Shown here: positions 24,359 through 37,001 of the stretch, piece by piece
Position numbering within the stretch: the stretch's first letter is position 1
How the letters are laid out: every line of letters begins with the position of its first letter
From: Chara braunii
Taxonomy: Eukaryota; Plantae; Charophyceae
Direction of reading: 5' to 3'
DNA: 64,000 nt
NCBI GenBank assembly: GCA_003427395.1
Contig: BFEA01000016.1
Location: forward strand, 1,829,311-1,893,310
Position numbers and translations under genes: made by a program
Notes under the pieces: model-generated
What the model saw: only the letters and a program-made list of their open reading frames with translations
Databases searched by the model: none
What the model was told of the DNA's origin: nothing

Positions 24359-24527
24359 TTATTAATTTGACAGGTTGTTTGCCTTACCGTTGTTCCACAC
24401 AGAGCTGCTGCAGAGGGAAGGTGGTGTCCACAGTATTTCACAACACCACAAAGAGGTGCGCTCAGCCCTGTCCTTTGCAGCACGAAGCCAGTTGTGCAAC
24501 GGCGTGTGGAAAGAGAAAAGGGTCAAT

Positions 24528-25514
24528 ATGGTCCTATCTTGGTCTCAGATTGGAGGATGTTTGGCTGTCCTGCAATGGTGGTTCTTCAATGTGGTGACAA
24601 TTATCATGAACAAATGGATTTATCAGGAGTACCATTTCAATTTCCCACTTACTCTGTCGACTGTCCACTTCATCGTGTCCAGTCTGGGCGCCCATGTGGC
24701 GCTGAAGCTGCTGGAACTGAAGCCGATTGTGGAGGTCAGCCCTCAGGACAGGTGGCGAAGGATTATCCCGATGTCCTTCGTCTTCTGTACAAACATTGTG
24801 ATGGGTAACGTGAGTCTGCGTTGGATCCCTGTCTCTTTCTTTCAGACAATAAAGTCGTTCACACCCGCAACGACAGTTGTGCTGCAGTGGCTTGTATGGG
24901 GCCGACATTTCGATGTGCGAATCTGGCTCTCCCTCCTGCCAATTGTCGGAGGGATTTTGCTAACGAGTGTGACGGAGCAGACATTTCAATGGTATGGGTT
25001 TCTGGCTGCTTTCTTTGGCTGCCTGGTCACGTCGACGAAGACGATTCTGGCTGAGTCTCTTCTGCATGGGTACAAGTTCGATTCGCTCAATACAGTCTAC
25101 TACATGGCTCCATACGCAACCCTCATTCTCTTCTTGCCCGCCACCGTTCTAGAGGGTGAAGGCGTCGTCACTTGGCTTAGCCAGGATGCCCCCAAAATAA
25201 CCATACCACTGTTTGCGATTGTTCTCAGCGGCGTCCTCGCATTCTGTCTCAATTTCTCCATTTTCTACGTCATCCAAGTCACAACAGCTGTCACCTTCAA
25301 CGTTGCAGGGAATATGAAGGTAGCTGTAGCCATTCTCGTCTCGTGGCTTATTTTCCGGAACCCAATGTCGGCCCTGAATGTGCTTGGTTGTGCCATTACT
25401 CTCCTAGGGTGCACATTTTATGGCTATGTCCGCCAAGGGCTGTCCAAGGCAGCTGAAGCTGATGTGGCAAAGGAGGAGCAGCCTCAGCCACATCTCAATC
25501 GACCACATGCATGA
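24528..25514 (+). CDS. Golgi nucleotide-sugar transporter (TPT/NST family; UDP-galactose transporter 1 / GONST5-like), single coding exon
   Basis: 328 aa from ATG 24528 with WWFFNVVTIIMNKWI, FNFPLTLSTVHF, GNVSLRWIPVSFFQTIKSFTPATTV, STKTILAESLLHGYKFDSLNTVYYMAP and TTAVTFNVAGNMKVAVA; about 10 hydrophobic helices. Confidence 0.93.
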   Translation: MVLSWSQIGGCLAVLQWWFFNVVTIIMNKWIYQEYHFNFPLTLSTVHFIVSSLGAHVALKLLELKPIVEVSPQDRWRRIIPMSFVFCTNIVMGNVSLRWIPVSFFQTIKSFTPATTVVLQWLVWGRHFDVRIWLSLLPIVGGILLTSVTEQTFQWYGFLAAFFGCLVTSTKTILAESLLHGYKFDSLNTVYYMAPYATLILFLPATVLEGEGVVTWLSQDAPKITIPLFAIVLSGVLAFCLNFSIFYVIQVTTAVTFNVAGNMKVAVAILVSWLIFRNPMSALNVLGCAITLLGCTFYGYVRQGLSKAAEADVAKEEQPQPHLNRPHA

Positions 25515-25531
25515 CAGTAGCTGTCATATGT

Positions 25532-25621
<90 letters not shown>

Positions 25622-26605
25622 NNNNNNNNNNNNNNNNNNNNNNNNNNNNNNNNNNNNNNNNNNNNNNNNNNNNNNNNNNNNNNNNNNNNNNNNNNNNNNN
25701 NNNNNNNNNNNNNNNNNNNNNNNNNNNNNNNNNNNNNNNNNNNNNNNNNNNNNNNNNNNNNNNNNNNNNNNNNNNNNNNNNNNNNNNNNNNNNNNNNNNN
25801 NNNNNNNNNNNNNNNNNNNNNNNNNNNNNNNNNNNNNNNNNNNNNNNNNNNNNNNNNNNNNNNNNNNNNNNNNNNNNNNNNNNNNNNNNNNNNNNNNNNN
25901 NNNNNNNNNNNNNNNNNNNNNNNNNNNNNNNNNNNNNNNNNNNNNNNNNNNNNNNNNNNNNNNNNNNNNNNNNNNNNNNNNNNNNNNNNNNNNNNNNNNN
26001 NNNNNNNNNNNNNNNNNNNNNNNNNNNNNNNNNNNNNNNNNNNNNNNNNNNNNNNNNNNNNNNNNNNNNNNNNNNNNNNNNNNNNNNNNNNNNNNNNNNN
26101 NNNNNNNNNNNNNNNNNNNNNNNNNNNNNNNNNNNNNNNNNNNNNNNNNNNNNNNNNNNNNNNNNNNNNNNNNNNNNNNNNNNNNNNNNNNNNNNNNNNN
26201 NNNNNNNNNNNNNNNNNNNNNNNNNNNNNNNNNNNNNNNNNNNNNNNNNNNNNNNNNNNNNNNNNNNNNNNNNNNNNNNNNNNNNNNNNNNNNNNNNNNN
26301 NNNNNNNNNNNNNNNNNNNNNNNNNNNNNNNNNNNNNNNNNNNNNNNNNNNNNNNNNNNNNNNNNNNNNNNNNNNNNNNNNNNNNNNNNNNNNNNNNNNN
26401 NNNNNNNNNNNNNNNNNNNNNNNNNNNNNNNNNNNNNNNNNNNNNNNNNNNNNNNNNNNNNNNNNNNNNNNNNNNNNNNNNNNNNNNNNNNNNNNNNNNN
26501 NNNNNNNNNNNNNNNNNNNNNNNNNNNNNNNNNNNNNNNNNNNNNNNNNNNNNNNNNNNNNNNNNNNNNNNNNNNNNNNNNNNNNNNNNNNNNNNNNNNN
26601 NNNNN

Positions 26606-26662
<57 letters not shown>

Positions 26663-26903
26663 CCCCTTCTATTCTGGGGGGCACCGCTCCGGTTGCTTAT
26701 CACCGGCAAGCAGAAAACAAGGGGTTCTCCCTACTTTTTGAGGTGCTCAGTTTTTTTTAACTATTAATGGTGTTCCTCTGCAAGTCCTTTACGGCTGGTT
26801 TTGACACCAAGCGTGCAGTTGTCATCGGGCGCGCGCTGACCATCGGTGGAGGGTTCCAACTGCTGGAGCATTCTGGAGAAATTTCTGCTCTTTTTTTTTT
26901 TTT

Positions 26904-26940
<37 letters not shown>

Positions 26941-28039
26941 TGTGTGCGTGTGTGCCTTAAAAAATGGTGGCAGGCTTTCTGCCAATGCTTTGATCAGTTA
27001 TGATCAGTACTAGCATTAGGAAAACAACGCGATAAATCATACATGATGATAATGTGTTAATCCCGACATTCTTTGGCACCCTTCCCTAGCTAGCTAACAG
27101 CAGAAAGAACGCCGATAAAAAAATAATGTGCTCTGTATTTGGGAGTGAGAGTTCAGTGAACGTATAGCAGCTTAGCCCATCTGCACAGAGTGGATTATTT
27201 TTTTACCAAAATGACTTTAAAATTTAAATGAGCGAAAAAGCTGTGTGTCATTCTAGTGTGGACCCACGTGGTGGTATCGTCTCTCAGGCAGCGTCAATGC
27301 AGTCAATCCGGGAAGAGCATGTCATTCTGTGCTCCAGGGCATCCTAACCTTTTCCGTGCTCAATAGTCGGGACTTAAACCACGCGTCCGTTCTTTCCTTG
27401 GAACCTTGTTAGGGTGCACTGGTTAACATGGCGAGAAATTGTGATGCAGCACTGCCAGACTAGAGTGTGAGGGAGGGCTGGTGTTACCTGACAAGATCAT
27501 GGGGACACAGTTCATTTTTTAAAGGGCTGCACAGCACAGCACAGAACAGCACAGCGTATCAGGAAAAGAGGCTCTGCTGTGATGGGCCAGTGGTTTAGGG
27601 GTAGTCAGCGCACATGTACAGGCTGTCGTTTTGGATTAAGCCCTCCCCTTCTCTTCTTCACGCCGTCTGCTCCAAGCCTGCAAAGCCACACAGAGTTCCC
27701 CCCTCAGCAAACACGAAGAAGAAGAAACCTATTCCTTTCTATTCCTGGTGGATGGACAAAAGGAAAACAAAGAGAAGGTCAGGGAAAAAGGTCACCGCAC
27801 CTCACCTCGGGGGGAGGAGGTGGACTGTTTCTGCAGCTCTAGGAGGCAACTGTGAACATTCTTGGAGCCAAATGCCTGACAGTCAGTGGTCAGTGAGCAG
27901 TGGCAGCGAATTCAGTGATTGCTCAAGCCGTAGCAGCACCTCTGGCCTCTTCTGCTGTTGATGTAATCATGTCCTCACCGACTGTCCAAGTTATTTAATC
28001 CATTTTCTTACTGCTCCCTTCCTCGTCTTCCAATGACCA

Positions 28040-28122
<83 letters not shown>

Positions 28123-28298
28123 CTCTCTCTCTCTCTCTCGGAGTATATTAGATTGCTTTGGCCTTGAGAGATCGATCGTCAAAAGCTCCGTAAAAAAAAA
28201 GAGAATTCATAATAGCACAATTTGCTATTATTCCATTGATTCCTTTTCATATAGGAAACTTGTATCTTTCTTTTACTAATTCATCTTTGTTTATGCTA

Positions 28299-29107
28299 CT
28301 CACTATTGTGTGGGCTCAAGATGGGTCCCTCTCATGTTTAAGTGGGACGTTGCAGATGTCCGCAACGAGATGGACACGACTTATTTCATGCGTGGAGCAT
28401 GCATGAAAGACACCTGGAATGACGAACTCATTCCGGGCACCATAGCCTGTCGTGAAAGGAGATCACTGGATTTAGCCAGTCCTTGGAAGATCTCCGACCG
28501 CGTCTCCGAGATATAACCTCATGCATGATGGATGGCTCCAATCAGGAAGTCGCCCGATATCATACAGTTACGACTCTGGCGAGTCTCTTCGAGTGTCTCC
28601 CACCACTCTGGCCAGACCTTTCTGCTCGAGTGAGCCAATGCGAAGAAATGTGGCTCGAAAGAGCGAGCTGGGAGTCTGGATTTCGGAACCTGGTTACCAG
28701 CCATTGCGTGGTTTCTTTAGGTCTTTGCCTGCTATACTGTAACCGGAATCTGGGCAGACCTTTGGTCTCAGGCAGAGCGTCTCGGGTCTGAGTTCAGCCC
28801 GAACTTACAGTAACCAGGTGGACTACCCCAGGTTTGCAGTAGACAAAGATTCCGAGAGAGCAGACTCAGGGAAGGCAACCAGACGCAGAGCGGTGACCAG
28901 ATCCAAAACCTAGACCAAAAGCAGAATGGAGATTGCTGGCTCAGAAACTCAGATCCAGAACACATTTCTCTGACGGTCGGACTCAGCACGGGCTCTATAT
29001 CAAACATCCTCTCAGAATCAGACCATGAGCACTTTGCGTACCTTGCGCGGAAATCTGATCAGTAACTATGCGGTCTTCTGAAAAGGGATGTAGTCACACA
29101 TCAGTGA
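28299..29107. mobile_element. Non-autonomous element bounded by imperfect terminal inverted repeats
   Basis: ctcactattgtgtgggct ... agtcacacatcagtgag (CACTA/CACTG-like ends). No clean TSD. Confidence 0.4.
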
Positions 29108-29127
29108 GAATGTCCAGGAAGAAAAGC

Positions 29128-29372
29128 AAAACTGTAACATAGTCTAAAAGCAAACTGTAACATAGTCTCTCTTCTCAACAAACTGTAACATAGTCTCTCT
29201 TCTTAACAAACTGTAACGTAGTCTCTCTTCTCAACAAACTGTAACAAACTGTAACATAGTCTCTCTTCTTAACAAACTGTAACATAGTCTCCCTTCTCAA
29301 CAAACTGTAACATAGACTGTAACATAGTCTCCCTTCTCAACAAACTGTAACATAGTCTCTCTTCTCGACAAA
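29128..29372. repeat. 28-bp minisatellite (AAACTGTAACATAGTCTCTCTTCTCAAC) x ~8
   Basis: Directly visible, with partial units. Confidence 0.92.
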
Positions 29373-29613
29373 AGAAGAGCACACTTGTTGTACCGCTTTT
29401 CTTTTCAAGAAAAGGAAAAGCACAATTGCAGTTGCATGCATTGTTCTGGTTGATAGTCGCAACTCAGACCCCATGCAGCTATCGGGGTGGATTTACCAGG
29501 GCTTTGACAGTAGCCCCCTCAAACTTCAGACCCCATGCAGCTATCGGGGTGGCATAACCAGGGCTTTGAGGTCACTTGCGACAACAGTAATGCTGTTTGC
29601 ATGCTGCTGAGAG

Positions 29614-30018
29614 TTAGGTTACCAGTCATCCATCCGATGGGCGGACGTCCTGGGTGGGAGTTGTCCGGGATCTCGGGCAACTCATTTTCTCCAAAATTAG
29701 AAGCGGGAAAAAGAAGGGGGGGCGCTCTGCACTACATGAGGTGACCCCATAAAACGAAAATTTCAGCTCGTTTAGAGCAAAAAATTATATAATGCAAAAC
29801 ATGGGGAAAGGGGGTTGAAGGGGGGGGAGGGGAGGGGGTGCGTGATTGAAATTGACCCCAATGAGATAGTCTGATAAACCTGTTTGGTTAAAAAAACTTA
29901 AAATTGACAAAGACATCTTTGATTCTTTGGCGATTTTTATCTTTTTTTCTACTGGCTCAAATGACCGAAATGTGTTTTGGCATATATCTCATCCTGATTC
30001 TCATGTGAGGGGGAACCC

Positions 30019-30052
<34 letters not shown>

Positions 30053-30149
30053 GGCCGGACATACTGTATCCGGCAGACGTCTCCCCAGTTGTCCGATCGG
30101 ACAAGTCGAACATCCAGGGGGCTCTCGGACATCCGCCCTGGTAACATAG
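29614..30149. mobile_element. Non-autonomous hAT-like element
   Basis: Ends ttaggttaccag..gggcggacgtcc and ggacatccgccctggtaacatag. 8-bp flanks gctgagag / gctcagac match at 6/8. Confidence 0.5.
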
Positions 30150-31162
30150 GCTCAGACCCTGTGTTCTGTTTAAAGAGTGACTATGTTTTATACCAGGTTT
30201 CATTCACTTTTCCGGATTGGACGCAGAGTTTTAATCTTGATCAAACAAGTTCTGATCTTGAGCGCAAATGACGCAGTAGTATCCCGATTGCTGTATTCAT
30301 TGGAAAAAAAAACTGACAAAGACAAACCGGTTCTAAGAATGTCCACAAGAGAGACCTATTGCAGTAGATGACAAAACTTTCGAGCAAATTGATTCGCGTC
30401 TGAGGCGCATGAGAGAGCACGCTCTGAGTCTCTCGAGGGACCCGACAATGATCGAATACACGATCTACTTCAAGAACTCTGATGTCAAGCTCTAAGCACT
30501 TCCATAAAGTTCATCTTCCATTGAGACTGTCGACCAGGCCAGAGAGATTGCTTGGGGTCACTGGAGTGTGTTTGCTGATTTTCTCCATGAGCTCGGTCCG
30601 TTCAGTCCTAAGGGACGAATGTATCTTCCAGTCTGTCAACGGGATCACGTCCAAAAAAATGGTTTCTTACGTTTACCTCAGCGGAACCGGGTTCAGAGAC
30701 TATGGGCGTTGCCGCACGGCATACGAAACGAATGAATCTTCCCACAGAAAATGGCCAGGTTCATCGGTTTGCTATAAATGGTAACGAGTGTATTTTGCCA
30801 CCTTTGTTGGGCAGATGCACTCGTTTCGTTTTCGTTTCGTGTGCCGTGCGGCGAGACCCTATATGTGTTGTTCTAACTCAGTTCATTCAAACTTCAGATT
30901 ACTGATTGAGACCTTCACATGAAATGCGGGAAGGAAGATCATTTGTGATTAACTCCTGCCCTTGGACTGCAGCACCCATTTACATTGGTCAGAGGGTAAT
31001 ATCTCGTCAAAGGGAAGGGATCAGGATCACTTGCAGCTTTGGACCTTTTAAGATCCACAGACATGTCAAGACTACCCATTCCTATCTGTAGTTGTGATGA
31101 TACCTACTACTGTCTTCACCCGAATAGAACGTCCGGTCATTATAGCTGGATGATACCTACTA

Positions 31163-31265
31163 CCGTCTTCATCCGAATAGAACGCCAGTCATTATAGCTG
31201 TATCTGGACCAAAAGTTGTACCAAGTAGGGTTATAATGACTGGGTGTTCTATTGGGGTGAGACGG
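31163..31265. mobile_element. ~105-bp Tc1/mariner(pogo)-type MITE, copy 1
   Basis: TA|ccgtcttcatccgaatagaacgccagtcattatagc...gttataatgactgggtgttctattggggtgagacgg|CA. Preceded by a partial duplicate at ~31095-31147. Confidence 0.8.
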
Positions 31266-31383
31266 CAGGGAGACTTTGTGTGTGTGCTTTTTTTGTTTTT
31301 TTTTTAAATTATTAAAGCCCAGGTTGTTGTAGAGGTGGGATACTAGACGGATGGCAGTCACCCACAGTACTCAGCCACTCGGT

Positions 31384-33054
31384 TGTCCAGATGAACCCCT
31401 TCTGAAGACTCCACCCACCCTTCCTCTCATCTTTTTTCCCTGGCGCACCCCCACCCCCTCTGTCCTACCCTAGTGTTAACCACTCAGGACCATCACCCAT
31501 TGCCATCTTGGCGGGGTGACCTGACCAGACAGTGGTTGCAGGCACTGGGGCTAAGCAGAGACTCCTACCCCCTGCTCAGCCCCGGTTGAAGCAGACGCCG
31601 TGCAAGCCTGATTGCACGGGAACTTCGGGAGCTAGGTATGAACATGCTACTACAGGTCTTCATGAGGGTGCACATTGAATCCCGTCTAGCTTAGTTGTGT
31701 GGTGATGATAGAGAGCTGGGTATCCCCCGTTCCCTTGTATGTTCTTGGAGCCCGTTCCGGCCCCGCGGTAAGTTGCAGTATTTCCTGACATCCCCGACAT
31801 CCCGCACTAAGGAACTCTATGCCGGCCTCAACCTATGCTACGTACTAGGAGGATAGCCAACCCTAGTAGGTCATGAGTTATGGACTGAGTTTCTTATCCT
31901 TATGTTGTCTTACTACAGTGTTCTAGTGTTGATGGTAGAGAGATGGGGGCCCTCCGTTCCCTCGTATATCCCTGGAACCCGTTCCGGCCCCGCGGTAAGG
32001 TGCAGTATCTCCTGACACCCACGACATCCCGTACTAAGGACTGCTATGCCAGCCTCAACTCTAAGCTACGTACTAGGAGGATAGCCCACCCTCAATCGTG
32101 AATCATGGACTGTATGTATTGAGTGAGCCTGGATGATCTATTAGCCCTGTGCTGTATGGTAATCTGAGAGCAGACAATCCTCCATTCCCTCGTATTTCCC
32201 TGGAGCCCGTTCCAGCCCTGCGGTAAAGTGCAGTATCTCCTGACACTCCCGACATCCCGTACTAAGGAACGGCTATGCCAGCCTCAATCCGTTGACCACG
32301 TACTAAGAGGATGACCAGCCCTAAGATACAGTCTGGTATCGAATACAGGACCTTATGTGGATCGTTTAAATGACCTAACCTATTGACCTACATTGTGAAA
32401 TAGTCTGTACCTGTGCTCTGCTATCGTCTTCACCCGAATAGAACACCCGGTCATTATAGCCGTATCTGGACTCGAAGTTCTACCAGAAACGGCTATAATG
32501 ACCGGGCGTTCTATTCGGGTGAAGACGGTAGGCTCGAGTAAACCGGACTATGCATACCACCCGGCAGTCTCACTAAGGAACTGCTATGCCAGCCTCAATC
32601 CGTTGACCACGTACTAAGAGGATGACCAGCCCTAAGATACAGTCTGGTATCGAACACAGGACCTTACGTGAATCGTGCAAATGACCTAACCTATTGACCT
32701 ACACTGTGAAATAGTCTGTACCTGTGCTCTGCTGGGCTCGAGTAAACCGGACTATGCATGCCACCCAGCAATCTCATGACAACCCCGTAGACCAAGAACA
32801 TCAGGATACCCACCATCGCCCAGTCCCCACATACAACAACCATGGACTACCCCTTGGGTGGTGCACAGGCAGTGTCTGTAATAACTTACCTGCGTCATCC
32901 CAAGGGGGTGTGTGTCCAGCCGTGCGTCATTCTAACCCCCTGCCAGTGTCCATGCACAAGGCTGCGGAGTTTTGAACCCGCAACTCCGCAACCTCATACC
33001 ACAATGCGCATTTCCAACCGGTGCTCTTGACCACTGAGCTACATCAACTGGACA
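31384..33054. mobile_element. LTR-like element with ~237-bp internal subrepeats and a tRNA-like terminus
   Basis: TGTCCAGATGA...TCAACTGGACA inverted termini. Three diverged subrepeats (~31700, 31927, 32165) plus the duplication 32261-32570 / 32572-32770. No TSD seen. Confidence 0.55.
32424..32528. mobile_element. 105-bp Tc1/mariner(pogo)-type MITE, copy 2, TA TSD
   Basis: ~38-bp near-perfect TIRs flanked by TA on both sides. The empty site is visible in the duplicate at ~32724 (tgctctgctgggctcgag). Confidence 0.88.
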
Positions 33055-33467
33055 GCAGGGCAGGGAGACATTGTTGACTTGGCCAAGAGATTCATTTCTG
33101 CAGAGATTGATAACGAGGCCTTGATAGAATCAGGGGTTGGTAACTTGAGGGGGGGGATCTGCTTGGGAAGAATTCTGCCAATGTATCAACTCCAAGGTAC
33201 GCTTCGGTGATTGATCATTTTCAGACATCCGGAGACTCAGATCCTCAACTTCCAAGGACATCTCGAGTTGCACTGAAACATGGTTCAAGACGCTCTGGGA
33301 GGGTGAGATAGATTGAGAGAGGGAGGAGAATGAGTGCTAGAACTAAGAGCATCGATCATGTTTCATTATGATGTACGCTAGAGATGATATGAGCTCTCTT
33401 CTTCTCTCGTCCAATTGTTGATGTGTTGGGTCCAGTCAGTCTTGTGCATCGTCTTCATTATTCTCTT

Positions 33468-33645
33468 TGTTTTTTTTTTCTTTGTTTTTTTTGTTTGAAG
33501 GGCAACCTTGAGATATCATCTTTAAACTGACCGGCGCCAGGAAATGCTGAGTTATTTACTCATCTCAGTTCATTGGGATTCAAACTGAGGCTTGTATTTC
33601 AACAGTTCATGGGTGTGCCACCTGAGCTACGCCCATTCGTTTATT
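33468..33645 (-). mobile_element. tRNA-derived SINE, copy C
   Basis: A box tagctcaggtgg, B box cagtttgaatccc, A-rich tail. Perfect 11-bp TSD attattctctt at 33457 and 33646. Confidence 0.82.
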
Positions 33646-34238
33646 ATTATTCTCTTCTATATGCTCTTACTAAATTGTAAACCGGGTATCGTGTGATGCT
33701 TATGCGAGGCCGGACTTGCAGTCTTGGGAAAACAGCCGGGACCGGGAGGGGCGGACCCAGCAGAAACCGCTACCCGCACGACTTGCTCTTGCACATGTTG
33801 GAATACAAGTGCATAGCAGGCAGCACAGTGCTGGAAGTGATCTCTCAAAGCTTCACCCCTCTACTCTCCACATGCACCCCTCTACATAGCAGGAGTGATC
33901 TCTCGAAGCCTCACCCCTCTACTTTCCATATTCTAGCGGAGGATTCGCTCTCGCTTTGCACAGTTGCGGTGAGCAGAAATTGTTTCTCTTTTTCTGTCGT
34001 TTTTTTTGTTGTTGTTGTTTTCTTGGCTCGTGGAGGGGCCAGGGCTTCGCTCCACGACTCTCCACACGCACAAAAGACAATTAGAATGAATTTTTTTCAG
34101 AACATGGAAAGATACAACGCCAATTTCGTTTTTTGTGTTTTGTGCATGTGGAGAGTTGTGGAGCGAGGTCTTGGAGCAACTTCTGCTCACCACGAACGTG
34201 CAACGCTTGGGTCCACAACTCTTCATATGCACAAAACA

Positions 34239-35061
34239 CAAAAACTTCTATATGCAGTCACATAGATAGATCGACCGAGGAAGTTTGCTCGTTCGTTGCA
34301 GTATAGGTACGCTTGGTTAAAACATCGTCTGAATCCGAACGCCGTTCGTTTCCTATGACGTTGATATCCTAAGTACGAACAATTGTTCGTCTATTAGGAC
34401 GGGTTCAACCGATACCCGGTGAATAGGTTCTCGCGAGGCACAACTTACCTTCCCTAAGGTGTTATCACCATCCTTAGGGGCGAATCCTTACCGATCTACT
34501 GACCCATATACAAAAACTTTTATATGCAGTCACATAGATAGATCGACCGAGGAAGTTTGCTCGTTCATTGCAGTATAGGTACGCTTGGTTAAAACGTCGT
34601 CTGAACCCGAACGCCGTTCGTTTCCTATGACGTTGATATCCTAACTACGAACTGATGTTGGTCTACTATGACGGTTTCAACCAAGCATAAAACTCACAAA
34701 ATGATCCTCGTCCCTTGGACAAATAACTTAGAGAGGAAATTGTCGCAATACTCAAACGCAACTCTATCAGATGGGATCGATCGTAGCCGATAAGAATCTA
34801 TCCGTAGTAAAAGATAATCCATACAACAAACCAGATAGTCGTAAATCCAAGGACAAGTATAAGTATTTAAGTATCATAAGATAAAACTTATATCACAAGA
34901 TTGAAACAATGTCCATAAACTCGGGTTAGTCTCAATAAAATTAAGTACTGTATAAATTAGGTAAACAAAATGTCGACCTTAATTGAAACAATGTCCATAA
35001 ACTCGGGTTAGTCTCAATAAAATTAAGTACTGTATAAATTAGGCAAACAAAATGTCGACCT
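34239..35061. repeat. Two local duplications (~170 bp at 34239/34511; ~82 bp at 34900/34982)
   Basis: caaaaactt.tatatgcagtcacatagatagatcgacc... occurs twice; attgaaacaatgtccataaactcggg...aaatgtcgacctta occurs twice. Confidence 0.85.
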
Positions 35062-37001
35062 TATAGGATAGTTTTAATGAAGCTGATCAAGTAGTTGGAC
35101 CGTCCCAGTTTTGACTGAAGCTGCCAAGTTATGCATTTCATTCCTATATTGACCGATAACACATTAGTTTTAATCCAATGATTACTCTTTTTTGTTGTGC
35201 AAATGACAAAGTATCCATCTTCATGATAAGGAGTCGAGGACATTCGCAGCATCGTCATAGTCATTGTGTTTTCTCAAAAGTGTCGCCACCTCATTTTTTT
35301 AACCCAGGCCCACACTTCTTATACCGCAAATCTCATTCGCGAGAGTGGTGTTTACGTGTGTCCACTTTAAACTATATTTTTATCAGACAAGGCTTCTTAA
35401 GGTGTCAATTTATTTAGCGATGGCACGTAAGGAGGTCACCTTTGATTGTTAAGTCAGCTCCTCCTGCTCGTAATTAGGGGAGAGTCCACATCCCTCCTTA
35501 GTCGTCACGCGTCCAACCCTCTAGGAAGTAGTCTTGGGTACCCCTCCTCCTCAGTTGAGTACAAGTTTTGGATCTCATAAGTCGGGTCGTCTCCTCCAAA
35601 TCGGCAGAGTACTCCCCTAAAAAGTGGTCCACTCTGGGTCGATAACAGGGTTGGCTCCTAAAGCAACGAACCCCCGCCGCATATGTTTCCTAGAGTGAGC
35701 TCTTAGACTCCAAGTGAAATCGTTCATCCCTTGCTCTCTCGCAAAATGTCCCTCAAAGTGGTGCAACAACCATCTAACACTCAAATACTAGTGCGGGGGG
35801 GCATCACCACCTCAAATGTGAGGTTGTTAGTGGTGTTGCTGCCCTTTTATACTTGTTGGAGGGTTGTGGGCAGTAACTTAGCCCACAGGCAAAAACCTTG
35901 GCTCAACCTGGACCCTTGATATGAACCCAAGATCAAGGGTCACAATCATTGATTTCCCCCTAGAGTAAACAAGGGCTTTCAAACTTTAACGTACCTGGGT
36001 CTTTCCAAGGCTGCGTGCGTCAAGAAAAGGTTGCACCAAACCATTCCTTGTGGGACTGCTCTACCCCCACATACTTCCTTCAACTATGCACCTTTCCAAC
36101 CTTGTGGTCACGTTCAGGCTATCCCCATACTACCCCTTTCTAGAAAGGGTTCAATGAATCTGGCAAAAAACATGTCAAAGTTAAAAGAAAAAACAGAAGG
36201 AGAAAAAGGAAGAGAAAAAAAAAGAAAGGAAACATACCTCGTTCTTCCCCATCCCTGCTTTATTAGCAGGGCGTGTTGGAGGTGCCCGTTGGGCCACCCC
36301 AAACGTTTTTTTTTTTTTTTGAATAAAACCAGAACATCTTGACTAAAGAAAGTGATATGAGGAGCCTCCCCTAGTACGACCTCCGGTTTATCTAATCTAT
36401 TTGTGGGGAACCGCACCTGCTGGAAAGCGGGTCCCACGACCCTTCGATACAATAAGGCTGTGTATACCCCTGTAAAACAATGGGTTGTTCGTACGTTCGT
36501 ACGGCCTTCTCCTCCTTCGTACGACCTGTAAGAACAGCCGTTCGAGCCCAAATGGAGGCCTTCCAGGGGGGGGGGAGCGGATGCATGTCTAGGGCCACCC
36601 CCCAGATGAAAAAAAAAAAAAATTATTATTATTATTTTGGGGGTCGGGGGTGGGGTCGGGATAAACAAAAAAAAAAACAAAAGAATGATTGATGGGGGGA
36701 GGTTCGCCCTCCCAGCCGGACGCCCCCCCCACCCCACCCCCCGCCCACGCACACACACACAAATGTTTAGTGTATATTTCCGTGTTCTAGTGGAAGATAC
36801 ATTCGATTTTGCTCATCCGATCAATGGAAGTANNNNNNNNNNNNNNNNNNNNNNNNNNNNNNNNNNNNNNNNNNNNNNNNNNNNNNNNNNNNNNNNNNNN
36901 NNNNNNNNNNNNNNNNNNNNNNNNNNNNNNNNNNNNNNNNNNNNNNNNNNNNNNNNNNNNNNNNNNNNNNNNNNNNNNNNNNNNNNNNNNNNNNNNNNNN
37001 N

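Larger units (their letters stand above)
23789..24373 (+). other. Probable 5'UTR intron of the nucleotide-sugar transporter gene
   Basis: Donor cag|GTGAGA at 23789 and acceptor ttaatttgacAG| at 24373, 154 nt upstream of the ATG. Confidence 0.55.

Noticed and set aside
24375-24527. N-terminal extension of the transporter in the ORF track
   Set aside because: It starts at TTG just after a splice acceptor; family similarity begins after ATG 24528.
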